In this document: piece after piece, positions 1 to 10,229 of the stretch
Layout of the letters: the number at the start of each line of letters is the position of its first letter
How positions within the stretch are numbered: position 1 is the first letter of the stretch
Virus record (IMG/VR): IMGVR_UViG_3300031088_000645
DNA: 64,000 nt
Strand: one strand, 5' to 3'
Source of the DNA: an uncultured virus (IMG/VR IMGVR_UViG_3300031088_000645)
Lineage: Duplodnaviria; Heunggongvirae; Uroviricota; Caudoviricetes
Translations under genes and position numbers: made by a program
The notes under the pieces: model-generated
Told to the model about the DNA's origin: nothing
Database searches by the model: none
The model's input: only the letters and a program-made list of their open reading frames with translations

Positions 1-30
1 GACCCGGGGTGGTTCGTACCGGGCTACGGC

Positions 31-597
31 TTAGAGGACACGCTGAGCGTCAGCGACGACCTTGGAAGCCTTGTGACCGTTGGCGGGGTTACCCACAGCG
101 GTGAACTTCCAGCCAGCGCCGTCACGCTCGAACTTGGCGATGACCGAAGCGGTGTAGTCGCCGTTGTCGCCAGCGAGGTTGTAGCGAACGAGTTCGCTGT
201 CACCACCTGCGGAAGCATCCACGACGCGAGCGTAGACGTTCTTGACCTGAGCGAACTTCTGCTTGGTGTAGCTCGTGATGACGACGACACCAGCGGTGAT
301 GCGGGAGTCGATGCTGTCGAGGTCAACGCGAATCTGCTCGTCGTCACCGTCGCCAGCGCCGGTCAGGTTGTCACCGGAGTGAAGGACAGCGCGGTCCTTG
401 CTCTTGGTGGAGCCGTACCAGACGGTATCGACGTTCTTGCCAGCGGCATCGAACAGGATGACGGAGGCATCGAGGTCGATCTCACGACCACCGAATGCTG
501 GGTCCCAGCCGAGTCCGACGATGATGTTCTTCAGAGCGGAGCCGTCCGACTTGGTGAGCGAAAGGCTCTGACCCTTGCTGAGTGATAGTCCTACCAT
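31..597 (-). CDS. terD: TerD family stress protein
   Basis: LSLSKGQSLSL, VGLGWD, IDLDAS, HSGDNLTGAGDGDDEQI, WKFTAVG motifs. Confidence 0.92.
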   Translation of the reverse strand: MVGLSLSKGQSLSLTKSDGSALKNIIVGLGWDPAFGGREIDLDASVILFDAAGKNVDTVWYGSTKSKDRAVLHSGDNLTGAGDGDDEQIRVDLDSIDSRITAGVVVITSYTKQKFAQVKNVYARVVDASAGGDSELVRYNLAGDNGDYTASVIAKFERDGAGWKFTAVGNPANGHKASKVVADAQRVL

Positions 598-829
598 GTT
601 GTTCTCTCAATCTTTTCGTTGTTGTGAGTTGGTGTGTTGCTGGGTTGCAGTGGTGTTACTGATGTTGCGGTTACTGCATGTTTCGTTTTGTGTCCGTAGA
701 GGCTAGGTGGTGGGCGGGTAGATGTCAAGCCGATTTCTGACTGTTTTCACTTACCCGCCCACAACGCATTTTGCCTTACTTGGTTGCTATCAAACGTATC
801 GCTTTGGCAGCGGATGATAGCTGGATTCG

Positions 830-1966
830 TTACTTGATGGGGGTATTCACAGGAAGCTGTGAGCCGTCATCGATTGCCTTGTTTCGCTTGTTGTACGCCA
901 GGGAGGACACGAACGCTGCGATGACCAGACCGATACCGATGAGACCGGTGACGACCTCGGGGACGTGAATGGCAATCGAGGTGATGAGCAGTGCTGCAAG
1001 AGCACCAATCGCCCAGTGTGCACCGTGGTCAAGGTAGACGTAATCGTTCAGCGTTCCCTTGTTCACGAGGTAGATGGTGATGGAACGGACGAACAGCGCA
1101 CCGGCACCCAGACCCAGCATGATGACGATGGGGTCAGTGGTCAGCGCCAGGGCACCGATAACACCATCGAACGAGAAGCTTGCGTCCAGAACCTCAAGGT
1201 AGAGGAATGCGACGAATCCAGCCTTACCAACGAGCATAGTAGCTCCGGCGACACCAGTGTGGTTCTCCTCATCAGAGTCCAGCTTTGCCTCGAAGAGGTT
1301 TCCGATGGAGTTGATGATGAGGTAGACGAGCATACCCGTGAGACCCGAGACCAGGACGGTGACGGCGTGGTGAGGGGCGATGGCAGCGATGACGAGAAGA
1401 GCGCTGATGCCGACGACGACAGAAGCAACGTCGAGCTTGCCGATCTTGGCGAGCGGCACTTCGAGCCACTTCAGCCACTTGATGTCACGGTCCTCGAAGA
1501 TGAAGTCGAGGAAGAGCATGAGCAGGAACATACCACCGAAGGAGGCGATCTGCGGGTGAGCTTCGTTCAGGATGAAGCCGTAGGTGCCGGGAGTCTCGGG
1601 GTCACCCTTCTCCATTGCGAGTCCGAATGCCTCCACGGGACCGAGACCGGTCGTGATTGCGACGATGACGATAGGGAAGAGAAGTCGCATGGCGACCACG
1701 GCGACCAGGATGCCCACCGTAAGGAAGATCTTCTGCCAGAAGGGCGACATCTTCTCGACGATTCTTGCATTAACAATAGCATTATCCATGCTAAGACTAA
1801 TTTCAAATACTACCAGAAGTCCGACGAGGAGTGCAACCTGCAATCCAGCCGAGGTTCCTGCTCCACCAGCGCTACCGTAGAAGTAGCCGACGATGATACA
1901 GATGATCGCGATTGCGATTGAGATGCCAAAGATGCGCAGCGGGTGCTTAGGCGCGTGGTAAGACAT
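830..1966 (-). CDS. DUF475 family (TerC-related) membrane protein
   Basis: EISLSMDNAIVNA, FLYLEVLDASFSFDGVIGA, YLDHGAHWAIGAL; many TM helices; next to terD. Confidence 0.88.
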   Translation of the reverse strand: MSYHAPKHPLRIFGISIAIAIICIIVGYFYGSAGGAGTSAGLQVALLVGLLVVFEISLSMDNAIVNARIVEKMSPFWQKIFLTVGILVAVVAMRLLFPIVIVAITTGLGPVEAFGLAMEKGDPETPGTYGFILNEAHPQIASFGGMFLLMLFLDFIFEDRDIKWLKWLEVPLAKIGKLDVASVVVGISALLVIAAIAPHHAVTVLVSGLTGMLVYLIINSIGNLFEAKLDSDEENHTGVAGATMLVGKAGFVAFLYLEVLDASFSFDGVIGALALTTDPIVIMLGLGAGALFVRSITIYLVNKGTLNDYVYLDHGAHWAIGALAALLITSIAIHVPEVVTGLIGIGLVIAAFVSSLAYNKRNKAIDDGSQLPVNTPIK

Positions 1967-2073
1967 AGGACTCTTTCTGTTGTGATTTAGTGTTGCTTCT
2001 GCGTGGTACGTAGTTGACTGTAACAGGCTATAAGGTAAAGGTCAAATCCTCAAGCTATCTTCGTTAGCTTGAT

Positions 2074-3339
2074 TCAGAGACTACCCAGCCACGCATAGAT
2101 CTGCTCGCGCACTGCGCTTGTATCGTTACCATTCTTGATGTAGTCAAACTCGACCTGCAAGAGATTTTCGTGCTGGATGTCGAGGAATGGGAGCTTTGCG
2201 TCATACCGTCGCTCTCTCACGCGGATGAGCAGAATACCCGCGTTGAGCATTGCTTGGGACTTACGAATATCCCTGTCTCTTGGTATTGACGGATCTTCCT
2301 TGCTACCAGAGCCAGAATGCCACCACCATGAGTCATATTCAACAACGACTTGTCTATGCAGGTACTCACCATAGATGTCTACCGCGATTCGCTTTATCTT
2401 GCCGTTATTGATGTCGAGATAGGTGTTGTACTCGGTGGCAACATTGCTCAACACTCCATCCTCGCGCAAGGCATCTCGCAGTGCAAGTTCAATCTTGGAG
2501 GTGCGGGGTGTCTTAGAACATTCAGGGCAACCATTGAGCTTCGTGCCAGTGCGTGCGTTTGGTGATGTGAACCATGAATGGCTGTTTGCGCACTTCCACC
2601 AATAGTTGACGTGAGTACCCGAGGTCACTTCAGCAGCCGAGAGTTCATTCTTGATTGCATCGAACTCTGCCGCTACATCAGGATATAGTGCTTCGAGGCT
2701 GTTGGTTGCTGAGACCTTTTTGCCGTCACAGTATGGGCAACCACTCTGCTTTGTGCCATTCCTGCTTGATACCGCGATAGACCACGAGTGCCCCTCCTTA
2801 CACAGCCACCACACCTTCTTGCTCGACTGAGGTGTGAAGTCAGCCGCCGTCAAGGGGGCGTTCTTAGTTGCGTCGAATTCAGCCGCCAGCGCAGCATTGT
2901 CCACCGCTAGGTTGTTCTCCGGCGTAGCGTACCGACCGCTGCACTTCGGACAGCCATCACCCTGACGCACCTTGTTGAGCGGCATGGCAATGTAGTCGTG
3001 CCCTTCGTCGCAGAACCACCAAACCTTCTTATGGCTCTGCGCGATGACACTCTCGACCGGTGCCGCGTTCTTTGTCGAATGGTAGTACTTCGCGATGTCA
3101 GGATGGAGCGACATCAGAGAGTTCTTCGGGGTGGCTACCTTGCCACTACAGCTAGGGCATCCTCGCCCACCGTTACGGGACGCGATGACCGCTTCCCACT
3201 CGTAGTCATCCACCAGGCAGTGCCAGAGAGCCTTCTTGCCTGAATTGGCATAGACCGTCTCCAAAGGCACAGCGTTCTTGTCGCTGTACTGCGCCGCCAA
3301 CACAGGGTTGACGGTCATGAGGAGTCTACTGGTATCCAT
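2074..3339 (-). CDS. Tandem zinc-ribbon (DUF4379-like) repeat protein with C-terminal Vsr/DUF559-like endonuclease; putative homing endonuclease
   Basis: Four repeats resembling KKVWWxCxxGHxW...GCPxC; C-terminal VDIY...VEYDSWWWH...RDIRK...LIRVRE. Confidence 0.75.
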   Translation of the reverse strand: MDTSRLLMTVNPVLAAQYSDKNAVPLETVYANSGKKALWHCLVDDYEWEAVIASRNGGRGCPSCSGKVATPKNSLMSLHPDIAKYYHSTKNAAPVESVIAQSHKKVWWFCDEGHDYIAMPLNKVRQGDGCPKCSGRYATPENNLAVDNAALAAEFDATKNAPLTAADFTPQSSKKVWWLCKEGHSWSIAVSSRNGTKQSGCPYCDGKKVSATNSLEALYPDVAAEFDAIKNELSAAEVTSGTHVNYWWKCANSHSWFTSPNARTGTKLNGCPECSKTPRTSKIELALRDALREDGVLSNVATEYNTYLDINNGKIKRIAVDIYGEYLHRQVVVEYDSWWWHSGSGSKEDPSIPRDRDIRKSQAMLNAGILLIRVRERRYDAKLPFLDIQHENLLQVEFDYIKNGNDTSAVREQIYAWLGSL

Positions 3340-3408
3340 ACATAACCGATACTAGCAAATAATTCAATAGTTGTCAATCTGCACCATACCGCGTGTCATC
3401 ATGTAGAT

Positions 3409-4455
3409 ATGACCATGCCGCCCTCAACCCTATCGCGTAGAAAGCGCCGCAAAGCCCTCAAACGACGCAAGAAAGACCGATGGCTGCACCGAAACCTTGA
3501 CCACAATCTCACCGAAGATGGCGACCGTAAGAACAGCTACAGCTTCTTCCAGCCACTCATCTCTTTCGGTATCATCATCCCGATATCACTCATTGTGATG
3601 TTCATTATGCACCTCAATGGCATTGGCACAGAGAACCTTGGGGTGGAGCGGTCGTTGATATTCGCGGTCGTCCCATTCGTCGTGTTTAGCGTCACTCTGG
3701 TCATCGTAGTTGGTGTCTTGGTAATGGGCATCTCCAACCGAGAACTCATGGGTACCGACAAGATCGATATCCATAGCTCTCTTTGGGTCAAGATATTCGT
3801 TCTCTACTTGTGCTCTTTCCTCATAGGCGGGGTGTTGACCTTCGGTGCAGGCGATAGATGGACTGAGTTATGGGAAGCGTACAAAGCAGAACACCCGTTT
3901 GCTGGTGCGATTCAGTCGTTCTTTGAGACTAACGAGTTCTTAATTTCTGCACTATCCATCATCACGTTTATGATCATCTATGCATTCCTCGATAGGTTCA
4001 TTACCATCATGATCCGAATCAAATGGAACATGGAGAACCACGCCCGCAAAGCCCGCCACGCCGCCCGCTTACTCAACCACCCATCCAACCCCATTCCCGA
4101 CTCTGCTCTCACCGTAGGCGCTGTCCTGTGGCTCACTCCGCACGTCTCTTCATCTCGTGGTGTGTACGCGGTGGTGCAGTCCGATCAGTCTCTTCTCCTG
4201 CCTTCTGGTGCCATTCGTCCGGCTGATGAACTTTCCCTCTACTTCACCCTAGCCCGCCTGCTTTCGCCTGAGTCTTACCCGTCTACTGAACCAGGCACTC
4301 TGGGACTACCGAAGTACGGGAACTCAACTGTCCCTCTACTCTTGTCATCCTCGGGTTGGAGTAAGCCGGGTTCACCTGAACTGGTCACTCCTGCTGCCGG
4401 TTCTCTGCGTTACTTCATGCCTCCATCTGGGCACTCCTTGATGCAAACTGTCTGA
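3409..4455 (+). CDS. Hypothetical multi-pass membrane protein
   Basis: 348-aa ORF, basic N-terminus, about four hydrophobic segments. Confidence 0.6.
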   Translation: MTMPPSTLSRRKRRKALKRRKKDRWLHRNLDHNLTEDGDRKNSYSFFQPLISFGIIIPISLIVMFIMHLNGIGTENLGVERSLIFAVVPFVVFSVTLVIVVGVLVMGISNRELMGTDKIDIHSSLWVKIFVLYLCSFLIGGVLTFGAGDRWTELWEAYKAEHPFAGAIQSFFETNEFLISALSIITFMIIYAFLDRFITIMIRIKWNMENHARKARHAARLLNHPSNPIPDSALTVGAVLWLTPHVSSSRGVYAVVQSDQSLLLPSGAIRPADELSLYFTLARLLSPESYPSTEPGTLGLPKYGNSTVPLLLSSSGWSKPGSPELVTPAAGSLRYFMPPSGHSLMQTV

Positions 4456-4499
4456 TGCCGTATAATCGATACCTTCACCTCTTCTAGGAGTATCCTCGC

Positions 4500-4778
4500 A
4501 TGATGCGCAAGCCTCGTACATCTTCGTTCTGGTCTGGCGTATTCGCCGGTCGTGTCAGGGATACCGACAACTACTGCCACGGTTCTCTCATTGAGCATTC
4601 CGGTCCTGAGGATGACTTCGATGATGACGATGTAGTTCCCAACCCCACTCCGACCGTGCACTACGGCAAGGATGAGCGCGGTGAGGTTCGTACGCCGGAG
4701 AGCATCGCTGCCAGGTTGTCCGAGACTGCCTCCGCGTGGGCAGAGAAAAGCGCTACCGGCGAGTATCGCAACCGGTAG
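4500..4778 (+). CDS. Hypothetical protein
   Basis: ORF with AGGAG RBS. Confidence 0.55.
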   Translation: MMRKPRTSSFWSGVFAGRVRDTDNYCHGSLIEHSGPEDDFDDDDVVPNPTPTVHYGKDERGEVRTPESIAARLSETASAWAEKSATGEYRNR

Positions 4779-4804
4779 CGCTTAGCGTGTTCCCTGCTAG
4801 GTGA

Positions 4805-5278
4805 TTACTCCTTGGCGGGTTCCGTGTTCTCGATCTCTACCTCGACCGGGGTGGGTGTGCCAGTCTCTTCGTCAAGGTCGATGGGTACTTCGAAGACGAC
4901 GCTGTAGACGTTGAAGGTGCTGGTGTCCACGGTGGCGACGTACTGGTCTTTGGTAAGGGTGGCGGTGTATGGTGCTGCGCCTTCGCTCTCTTCCTTGATG
5001 GCGAATCCTGCTGCCTGTAGGTCAGCGGTCCACTTACGTGCTGCCTCTTCGTCCACCTTGGTACTGGTGAGGACTACGGTGTAGGGATCTCCTGCTGAGT
5101 ATCCTTCGTCAAGGTCGGTCTCATCGGGGGCGGGGATCTCCCAAGCGTCGAGTTTCTCGCTGTAGCTGGCGTTCTTCTCTACTGCGGGGAGGGTGGTGTT
5201 GTCGCTGTCGTTGGTGCATCCGGTCACTAGGAATGTGACGGCGATGACTGCTGCGAGGGCTGTTACTAGCTTCTTCAT
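4805..5278 (-). CDS. Putative lipoprotein
   Basis: Signal peptide with LVTGC lipobox; AGGAG RBS. Confidence 0.7.
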   Translation of the reverse strand: MKKLVTALAAVIAVTFLVTGCTNDSDNTTLPAVEKNASYSEKLDAWEIPAPDETDLDEGYSAGDPYTVVLTSTKVDEEAARKWTADLQAAGFAIKEESEGAAPYTATLTKDQYVATVDTSTFNVYSVVFEVPIDLDEETGTPTPVEVEIENTEPAKE

Positions 5279-5433
5279 TATCTGCTCCTGACGGCGGTCG
5301 CCGCGTGTTCTGGGTTCTCAGGGTAACACCTTGATGGCGGCTGGTGGGTGGGTCTGCGTAGTTGTCATTGAAAACGTTGTGTGATAGGGTAAGAAGATTC
5401 CTTTTGTCCGTCCATCGTATCGAGAGATAGAGT

Positions 5434-5964
5434 ATGTCCAGCAAGCGTCGTGTCCGCCGCAATGAGTGTGGCGACAAGCAGAAGTTCAGTACCCAGAGTG
5501 CTGCTGAGGACACCGCCTACGGTATCCAGCGGCGTACTGGTGGAGACCTGATGAAGCCCTATGTCTGCACGTGGTGCCAGAGCATTCATATTGGTCACCC
5601 TCTTCAGACGGCTGATTCGGTTGCTCGTACGAAGAAGCGTCGTGAGGACCATGAGGCTATTCGCGGCGAGGTTGCGACCAAGCGCCGTGAGGGTACTCTT
5701 GCTGCTTCGAACAAGGCTCTGATGCCCGCTCCGGTTGCTCAGAAGACGACGAGCAAGAAGGCGAAAAGGAAGAAGGCTCAGGCACTTCGGGGTAATGATG
5801 CCTACTTCATTCCGAAGGCTCGTGCTGATGTTGACTGGGAGTTGATGTCGGAGAGCGAGCGGGATGAGTACCGTAAGACTCAGCACAAGAACGTCATCGG
5901 TGGGTACACTGATCACTCGGCAGCGCTGGATGCTCAGCTTGCCGCGATTCTCGGAAACCGATAG
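5434..5964 (+). CDS. Basic protein with putative Cys/His zinc finger (paralog of 5974..6456)
   Basis: MSSKRRVRRNECGDKQKF...YVCTWCQSIHIGH. Confidence 0.65.
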   Translation: MSSKRRVRRNECGDKQKFSTQSAAEDTAYGIQRRTGGDLMKPYVCTWCQSIHIGHPLQTADSVARTKKRREDHEAIRGEVATKRREGTLAASNKALMPAPVAQKTTSKKAKRKKAQALRGNDAYFIPKARADVDWELMSESERDEYRKTQHKNVIGGYTDHSAALDAQLAAILGNR

Positions 5965-5973
5965 GTAGGGGTT

Positions 5974-6456
5974 ATGTCTAGCAAGCGTCGTATTCGCCGC
6001 AATCACTGTGGTGACAAGCAGCAGTTCGCGACCCGTGATGAGGCGCGTGATGCCGCTCGTGCTGTGCACTTCCGTAAGGGCAGCGAGGGTAAGATGATGA
6101 ACGTCTACCTCTGCCTGTGGGCTACCCACTACCACTACGGTCACAAGCCGAAGACCGACATCAAGAAGAAGGTGAAGGTCCAGAAGCACCGCGCTCAGCG
6201 TGAGAAGACCCAGAAGGTAAAGGCTCGGAAGAGGGCGGGCATTGTCGAAGAGAAGAAGGTAGCTCCCGTACCTGAAGTTGTCGGTGACATCGTAATTCCT
6301 GAGTACCGCGAGGATATGACCAAGCAGGAGAAGGACACTCGCTCGCAGCTTATCTACCTCAAGAAGAAGCAGGAGTTTGAGCAGCGAAGCCTTGATATCG
6401 ATGCCAAACTACAGGAACTGATTCGTCGTGACCCGAGCGTTTTGAATTACCAGTAG
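5974..6456 (+). CDS. Basic protein with putative zinc finger (paralog of 5434..5964)
   Basis: MSSKRRIRRNHCGDKQQF...YLCLWATHYHYGH. Confidence 0.65.
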   Translation: MSSKRRIRRNHCGDKQQFATRDEARDAARAVHFRKGSEGKMMNVYLCLWATHYHYGHKPKTDIKKKVKVQKHRAQREKTQKVKARKRAGIVEEKKVAPVPEVVGDIVIPEYREDMTKQEKDTRSQLIYLKKKQEFEQRSLDIDAKLQELIRRDPSVLNYQ

Positions 6457-6500
6457 TCCCGCCTCTTGTTTGAGTTGAGCCGTGACGCTATGCTGCCCTC

Positions 6501-6923
6501 ATGAAGAAGACCCCGAAGAAGCAACTGAAGATCAACTGGCTTGTTTTGGGTATCACCATTTTGGGTACTGGTGTGTTTGTCGGTCTGCCGTTTGCTGCTT
6601 ATGCGGTGACTGATGGTGCGAAATACAGAGTCGATAAGGTCAACGAGGTAAGAAGAGATGCCGATAGGCAAGTGGATCTCATCTTGGGCGTTGCTTCTGA
6701 TATCAAGGAGTGCACGGGTTTCCAGAGCATGAATACTGGTCCTGCTTCCATCGCTTTGGATAGCAAGATTCAGACGAGTCGTGGTCTGGTTGTGAACGAT
6801 GACGATACCGTCACTGCCGCTACTGCGACGTTTTCCAAGGAGGATGCCACCCTCACCATCGAGGGCGGAGGGGTGACCTACTGTGTCATTCCGATTGACC
6901 CGAGGATCGTAGAGCGCAACTAG
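6501..6923 (+). CDS. Single-pass membrane/secreted protein (paralog of 7084..7557)
   Basis: N-terminal TM; shared DLI...C...NxDD...SKED..T...TYC pattern; TATGCT-N6-ATG start. Confidence 0.6.
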   Translation: MKKTPKKQLKINWLVLGITILGTGVFVGLPFAAYAVTDGAKYRVDKVNEVRRDADRQVDLILGVASDIKECTGFQSMNTGPASIALDSKIQTSRGLVVNDDDTVTAATATFSKEDATLTIEGGGVTYCVIPIDPRIVERN

Positions 6924-7083
6924 CTCAGGCAGGCTCACCTCAAAAAGCCAACAGCCTGTTGACCATTTGAGGATGGGGCGCTGTGGCGGTCTATCTGAGG
7001 TGTTCTTGTCTCATGGCAGTATCGATGACAAGCGAGCTACAAAGCCCTTGACGCGCCATTAACGAAAGGCTATGGTGTGCGCT

Positions 7084-7557
7084 ATGAACGATACTAAGAA
7101 AGAACCGATTTCGAGACGCAAGAAGATCACCGTTGGATTGATCAGTGGTGTTTCGTTGGCTGCGTTTGCCGTCTTCATTGCGTCTGGTATCAATGACTAT
7201 CGCGCATTCAACGAAGCGATGGATTTTGACGCGGCTAATCAGAAGAAGATGGACCTTATCGCCACCGATGTGAATGGTCAGCTTGATGACTGCCTGAGTA
7301 CAGAAGATGTTGTCTCTCAGCCCGTCCACGTCAGTTTCGAGAGCGTGATTGGTGCCTACATCAATATCGATGATGTCTTGGTAGCTCAACCTGATGATTC
7401 ACTGTCTCGTGTATCCAGTGCATATTCAAAGGAAGACAGGACCATCACGCTTTCTGATTCTGAGAAGACGTACTGCATGGTAGAAGTCCCTGCGGAGTTT
7501 GCTGATGCTACCGAGAACTACCAGTCGGCGTACTCGAAGTACAGGCAAGACAAGTAA
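7084..7557 (+). CDS. Single-pass membrane/secreted protein (paralog of 6501..6923)
   Basis: N-terminal TM and the same pattern; start moved to MNDTKK. Confidence 0.6.
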   Translation: MNDTKKEPISRRKKITVGLISGVSLAAFAVFIASGINDYRAFNEAMDFDAANQKKMDLIATDVNGQLDDCLSTEDVVSQPVHVSFESVIGAYINIDDVLVAQPDDSLSRVSSAYSKEDRTITLSDSEKTYCMVEVPAEFADATENYQSAYSKYRQDK

Positions 7558-7667
7558 CAGGCGTTCATGTAGTCAGCAGCATGTTGACCGATTGGTCTTG
7601 TCATTTTGTGCTACCAAATGATAGGATTTAGTTAGGTCAACTGAACCAACGTCTTACGGAGAGCATC

Positions 7668-7991
7668 ATGGACCAGCCTTACTACCCCGACATCCTTGCC
7701 GTCGATCCCGATGGCTGTGGCTGCACGGAATGCCTCATCGGTGAGTACGTTCCCCAGAACCAGTGGGTCCAGAACGCTAATCTACTCGATGTGGTTCGTC
7801 TTCTTCGCGGTGATGTCCGCAACAACACCTACAACGAAGACTCCTACGACTTGGTGATGAACGGTCTGTACAGCATCCCTGGTATAGCTGAGCTTCACGC
7901 TGTCCTCTCTCGCGAGGTGGGCGCGGCTATTGCTACGGGTAGCCCTGTGGACATGAGCTACATCGATGGCTATGTGCGGAACTACTGCTAA
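7668..7991 (+). CDS. Hypothetical protein with CGCTEC motif
   Basis: GGAG RBS; upstream TTGTCA...TAGGAT promoter-like sequence. Confidence 0.6.
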   Translation: MDQPYYPDILAVDPDGCGCTECLIGEYVPQNQWVQNANLLDVVRLLRGDVRNNTYNEDSYDLVMNGLYSIPGIAELHAVLSREVGAAIATGSPVDMSYIDGYVRNYC

Positions 7992-8003
7992 CTGACGCAT
8001 AGC

Positions 8004-8038
8004 AAAAGCCCCGGAGGTATGAGCCTTCCGGGGCTTTT
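8004..8038. terminator. Bidirectional intrinsic terminator
   Basis: aaaagccccgga...tccggggctttt between convergent genes. Confidence 0.75.
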
Positions 8039-8053
8039 GTCATGAAGGCTTTG

Positions 8054-9199
8054 TTAGCCCTTCAGGTAGTAGTCGTATCCTCCTACTGAGAGCACGATCT
8101 GCTTCTTAGCTAGAAGCCTGTCAAACTCCGTCTGAGAGAGCGTTGCGTCTTGGTATGCAACAGTAGTGAGTGTGAAGTTGGCGATCTTAGTGCCATTGGG
8201 GTAGACAATCTCATTGTAACTAATGTGCTTTGTCCAGTCAGCCTTGATTAGGGTACCGTCATCGGCAACGAGGCTGAAATTAGCAACCTTATTGTTGACT
8301 CCGGTTCTGTCATAAGCTGCATTTTGATACACCCATGTCGTAGTAGTAGGTGCAGCAGGAGAATCAGGACCAACTACCTTAGTTGGAGCGGTTGAGCGGA
8401 ATCCTTCTAGTTGACTAATAATTGCCGTATCAGAAGACGAGATAGTAATTGAAGCTTGCTTCATACCATAAACCTTAATGGTGGTGGGGTAATAGTTCCA
8501 CGTTTTGAGAGGAACTGTTACCTTTACCTGACCGACATTAGTTGCTGGTCCCGATGGCGCTGGCGGCGTGCTCATATCAACAGTGATTGGCTTACCGAAT
8601 CCTGGCTCCTTGGCTTCACCGAAGAAGTAGGGCTTGTTCTCGACCGACGCGGTGTACATGTTCTTGGCAACCGAGAGGGATAGACCATCAGGAATGGTCA
8701 CTGACTTTCCTTCGCCACCTTCGATCTTGATCTTCTCGCCAGCAATCGGTGCAGCAAGAGACTTGAAGTCATCAGCGTCTACCTGAATAGTCTCGGCAGA
8801 TTCGGATGTCCTGACGAACACCTTGCCGGACGATGAATAGCTCGTACCCATCCACTTCTGTCCATCATCACTGACATCGACGATGAGTCGGGGAGAGCTA
8901 CTAACGGTAAGGTTGACTGCTCCTTCAACGCCTGGTTTCTCAAGCTTGCGATACTCGCTGTCCTTGTAGTTGTCGTATGCCCAGTAGCGTCCTTCTGCCG
9001 CGAGCATAGATTCTTCGGCGTAGGCAGAGTTTGCCAGGTCGCCTCGTGAGTTGTTGTCGCGCGCGTTGTTAATCAACCCTGGTGCAGTAACAAGACCGGA
9101 TGCAATCAAGATAGCCGAGACGGCGATAGTGATGGTCTGCATGATCGAGTTTTCAGCAGCGTCAGAACATACAGCACGTCTAAAAGCGGAGCTTTCCAT
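8054..9199 (-). CDS. Atypical pilin-like membrane-anchored protein (copy 1 of 4)
   Basis: AENSIMQTITIAVSAILIASGLVTAPGLINNARDNNSRGDLAN...EGRY N-terminus; AAGGA RBS before MESSAF. Confidence 0.6.
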   Translation of the reverse strand: MESSAFRRAVCSDAAENSIMQTITIAVSAILIASGLVTAPGLINNARDNNSRGDLANSAYAEESMLAAEGRYWAYDNYKDSEYRKLEKPGVEGAVNLTVSSSPRLIVDVSDDGQKWMGTSYSSSGKVFVRTSESAETIQVDADDFKSLAAPIAGEKIKIEGGEGKSVTIPDGLSLSVAKNMYTASVENKPYFFGEAKEPGFGKPITVDMSTPPAPSGPATNVGQVKVTVPLKTWNYYPTTIKVYGMKQASITISSSDTAIISQLEGFRSTAPTKVVGPDSPAAPTTTTWVYQNAAYDRTGVNNKVANFSLVADDGTLIKADWTKHISYNEIVYPNGTKIANFTLTTVAYQDATLSQTEFDRLLAKKQIVLSVGGYDYYLKG

Positions 9200-9425
9200 A
9201 ACGTCGTTCCTTCGTATAAATAAACGACATATGTCGTTATGATCTATGGTACCAAGGACGATAGACACCGAATCGAGAACTACTCATAACAAGTGTTATT
9301 ACCCCACAAGAAGGGGCATAGATTGGTATTTGAAATATGTTTTACAGTTCGTATTGATGGTTGAGATGTCGAGCTTCTGCATATGGACAGTTGCGCAGCG
9401 TTAGTGATAGGAGTAGGCTACGAAT

Positions 9426-9800
9426 ATGACCGATATCGCTGAGACCGCAGAGACCCCTCCTGATCCCGACAAGATCTTCTACATCGCAAGTCAGAACGCT
9501 GACTCGACCGAGGGTCGGGGAGCGAATGTTCCCATCGGCTTCTTCACGAACGTCGAGGATGCCGTCAAGGCAGTCAAGGGTCGAGGTGTCATGGGTGTCG
9601 GTGATGGTGACGTGTACTACGCCGTCCTCGATGCGCCATACGTCAACATGTTCACCCGCTCGCGGCTCGTCTACAACGGTGGACTCCGCGTAGGAGGTGA
9701 GGTCACAGGTGGCTACACCAAGATGTTCAGTGAGGCGACTGGCATCGACCCCGAGTACTTCAAGTACCTCGAACTCAAGAAGAAGTTCGAGGGTCGGTAA
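9426..9800 (+). CDS. Hypothetical protein
   Basis: ORF with TAGGCT-N6-ATG start, followed by a terminator. Confidence 0.65.
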   Translation: MTDIAETAETPPDPDKIFYIASQNADSTEGRGANVPIGFFTNVEDAVKAVKGRGVMGVGDGDVYYAVLDAPYVNMFTRSRLVYNGGLRVGGEVTGGYTKMFSEATGIDPEYFKYLELKKKFEGR

Positions 9801-9820
9801 CCCGTAACCGAATCACTTCG

Positions 9821-9857
9821 CAAAGCACCTACGACCATTTCAATCGTAGGTGCTTTG
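9821..9857 (+). terminator. Intrinsic terminator-like hairpin
   Basis: caaagcacctacga...tcgtaggtgctttg. Confidence 0.65.
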
Positions 9858-9878
9858 TCGTTCTGGTAGCATCAGCGC

Positions 9879-10229
9879 ATGGCTTCCAAAAAGCGTCTAT
9901 TCCCCAATGTCTATCCGTTGCATATTCGCGAGTACGACAACTCTCTTGCGAGTCGAATGACAGCCGGTGAGACAGAGACGTATGCAGTCGAGTACAGCAG
10001 TCAAAGCAAGGTGAATAGGAAAGATTTCAACCCTCCCTTCGCAAGGTTCCTCACGCTGTTCAGTCATGGTCTTGTGTCACGCACCATTGAAGATTTGCGT
10101 CGTTTTGCAAGGAACAATAACCGTGACGATGCCCAAGACATGTACATCTGGAAGCGCAAGGTGACGTACGGTGAGTGGGAGCTTGTCGAGAAGGTTTCTG
10201 GTTCTGAGACGAATCCTGGTAGATGGTGA
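9879..10229 (+). CDS. Hypothetical protein
   Basis: ORF with TAGCAT-N6-ATG start. Confidence 0.55.
   Translation: MASKKRLFPNVYPLHIREYDNSLASRMTAGETETYAVEYSSQSKVNRKDFNPPFARFLTLFSHGLVSRTIEDLRRFARNNNRDDAQDMYIWKRKVTYGEWELVEKVSGSETNPGRW

Noticed and set aside
710..762. 11-bp inverted repeat (gtgggcgggta/tacccgcccac) upstream of terD
   Set aside because: Long loop and single occurrence; cannot distinguish operator, terminator or chance
965..1921. 318-aa plus-strand ORF and similar long antisense ORFs (73..585, 5365..6189, 27129..27785, 45748..46407)
   Set aside because: Shadow frames of better-supported genes on the opposite strand
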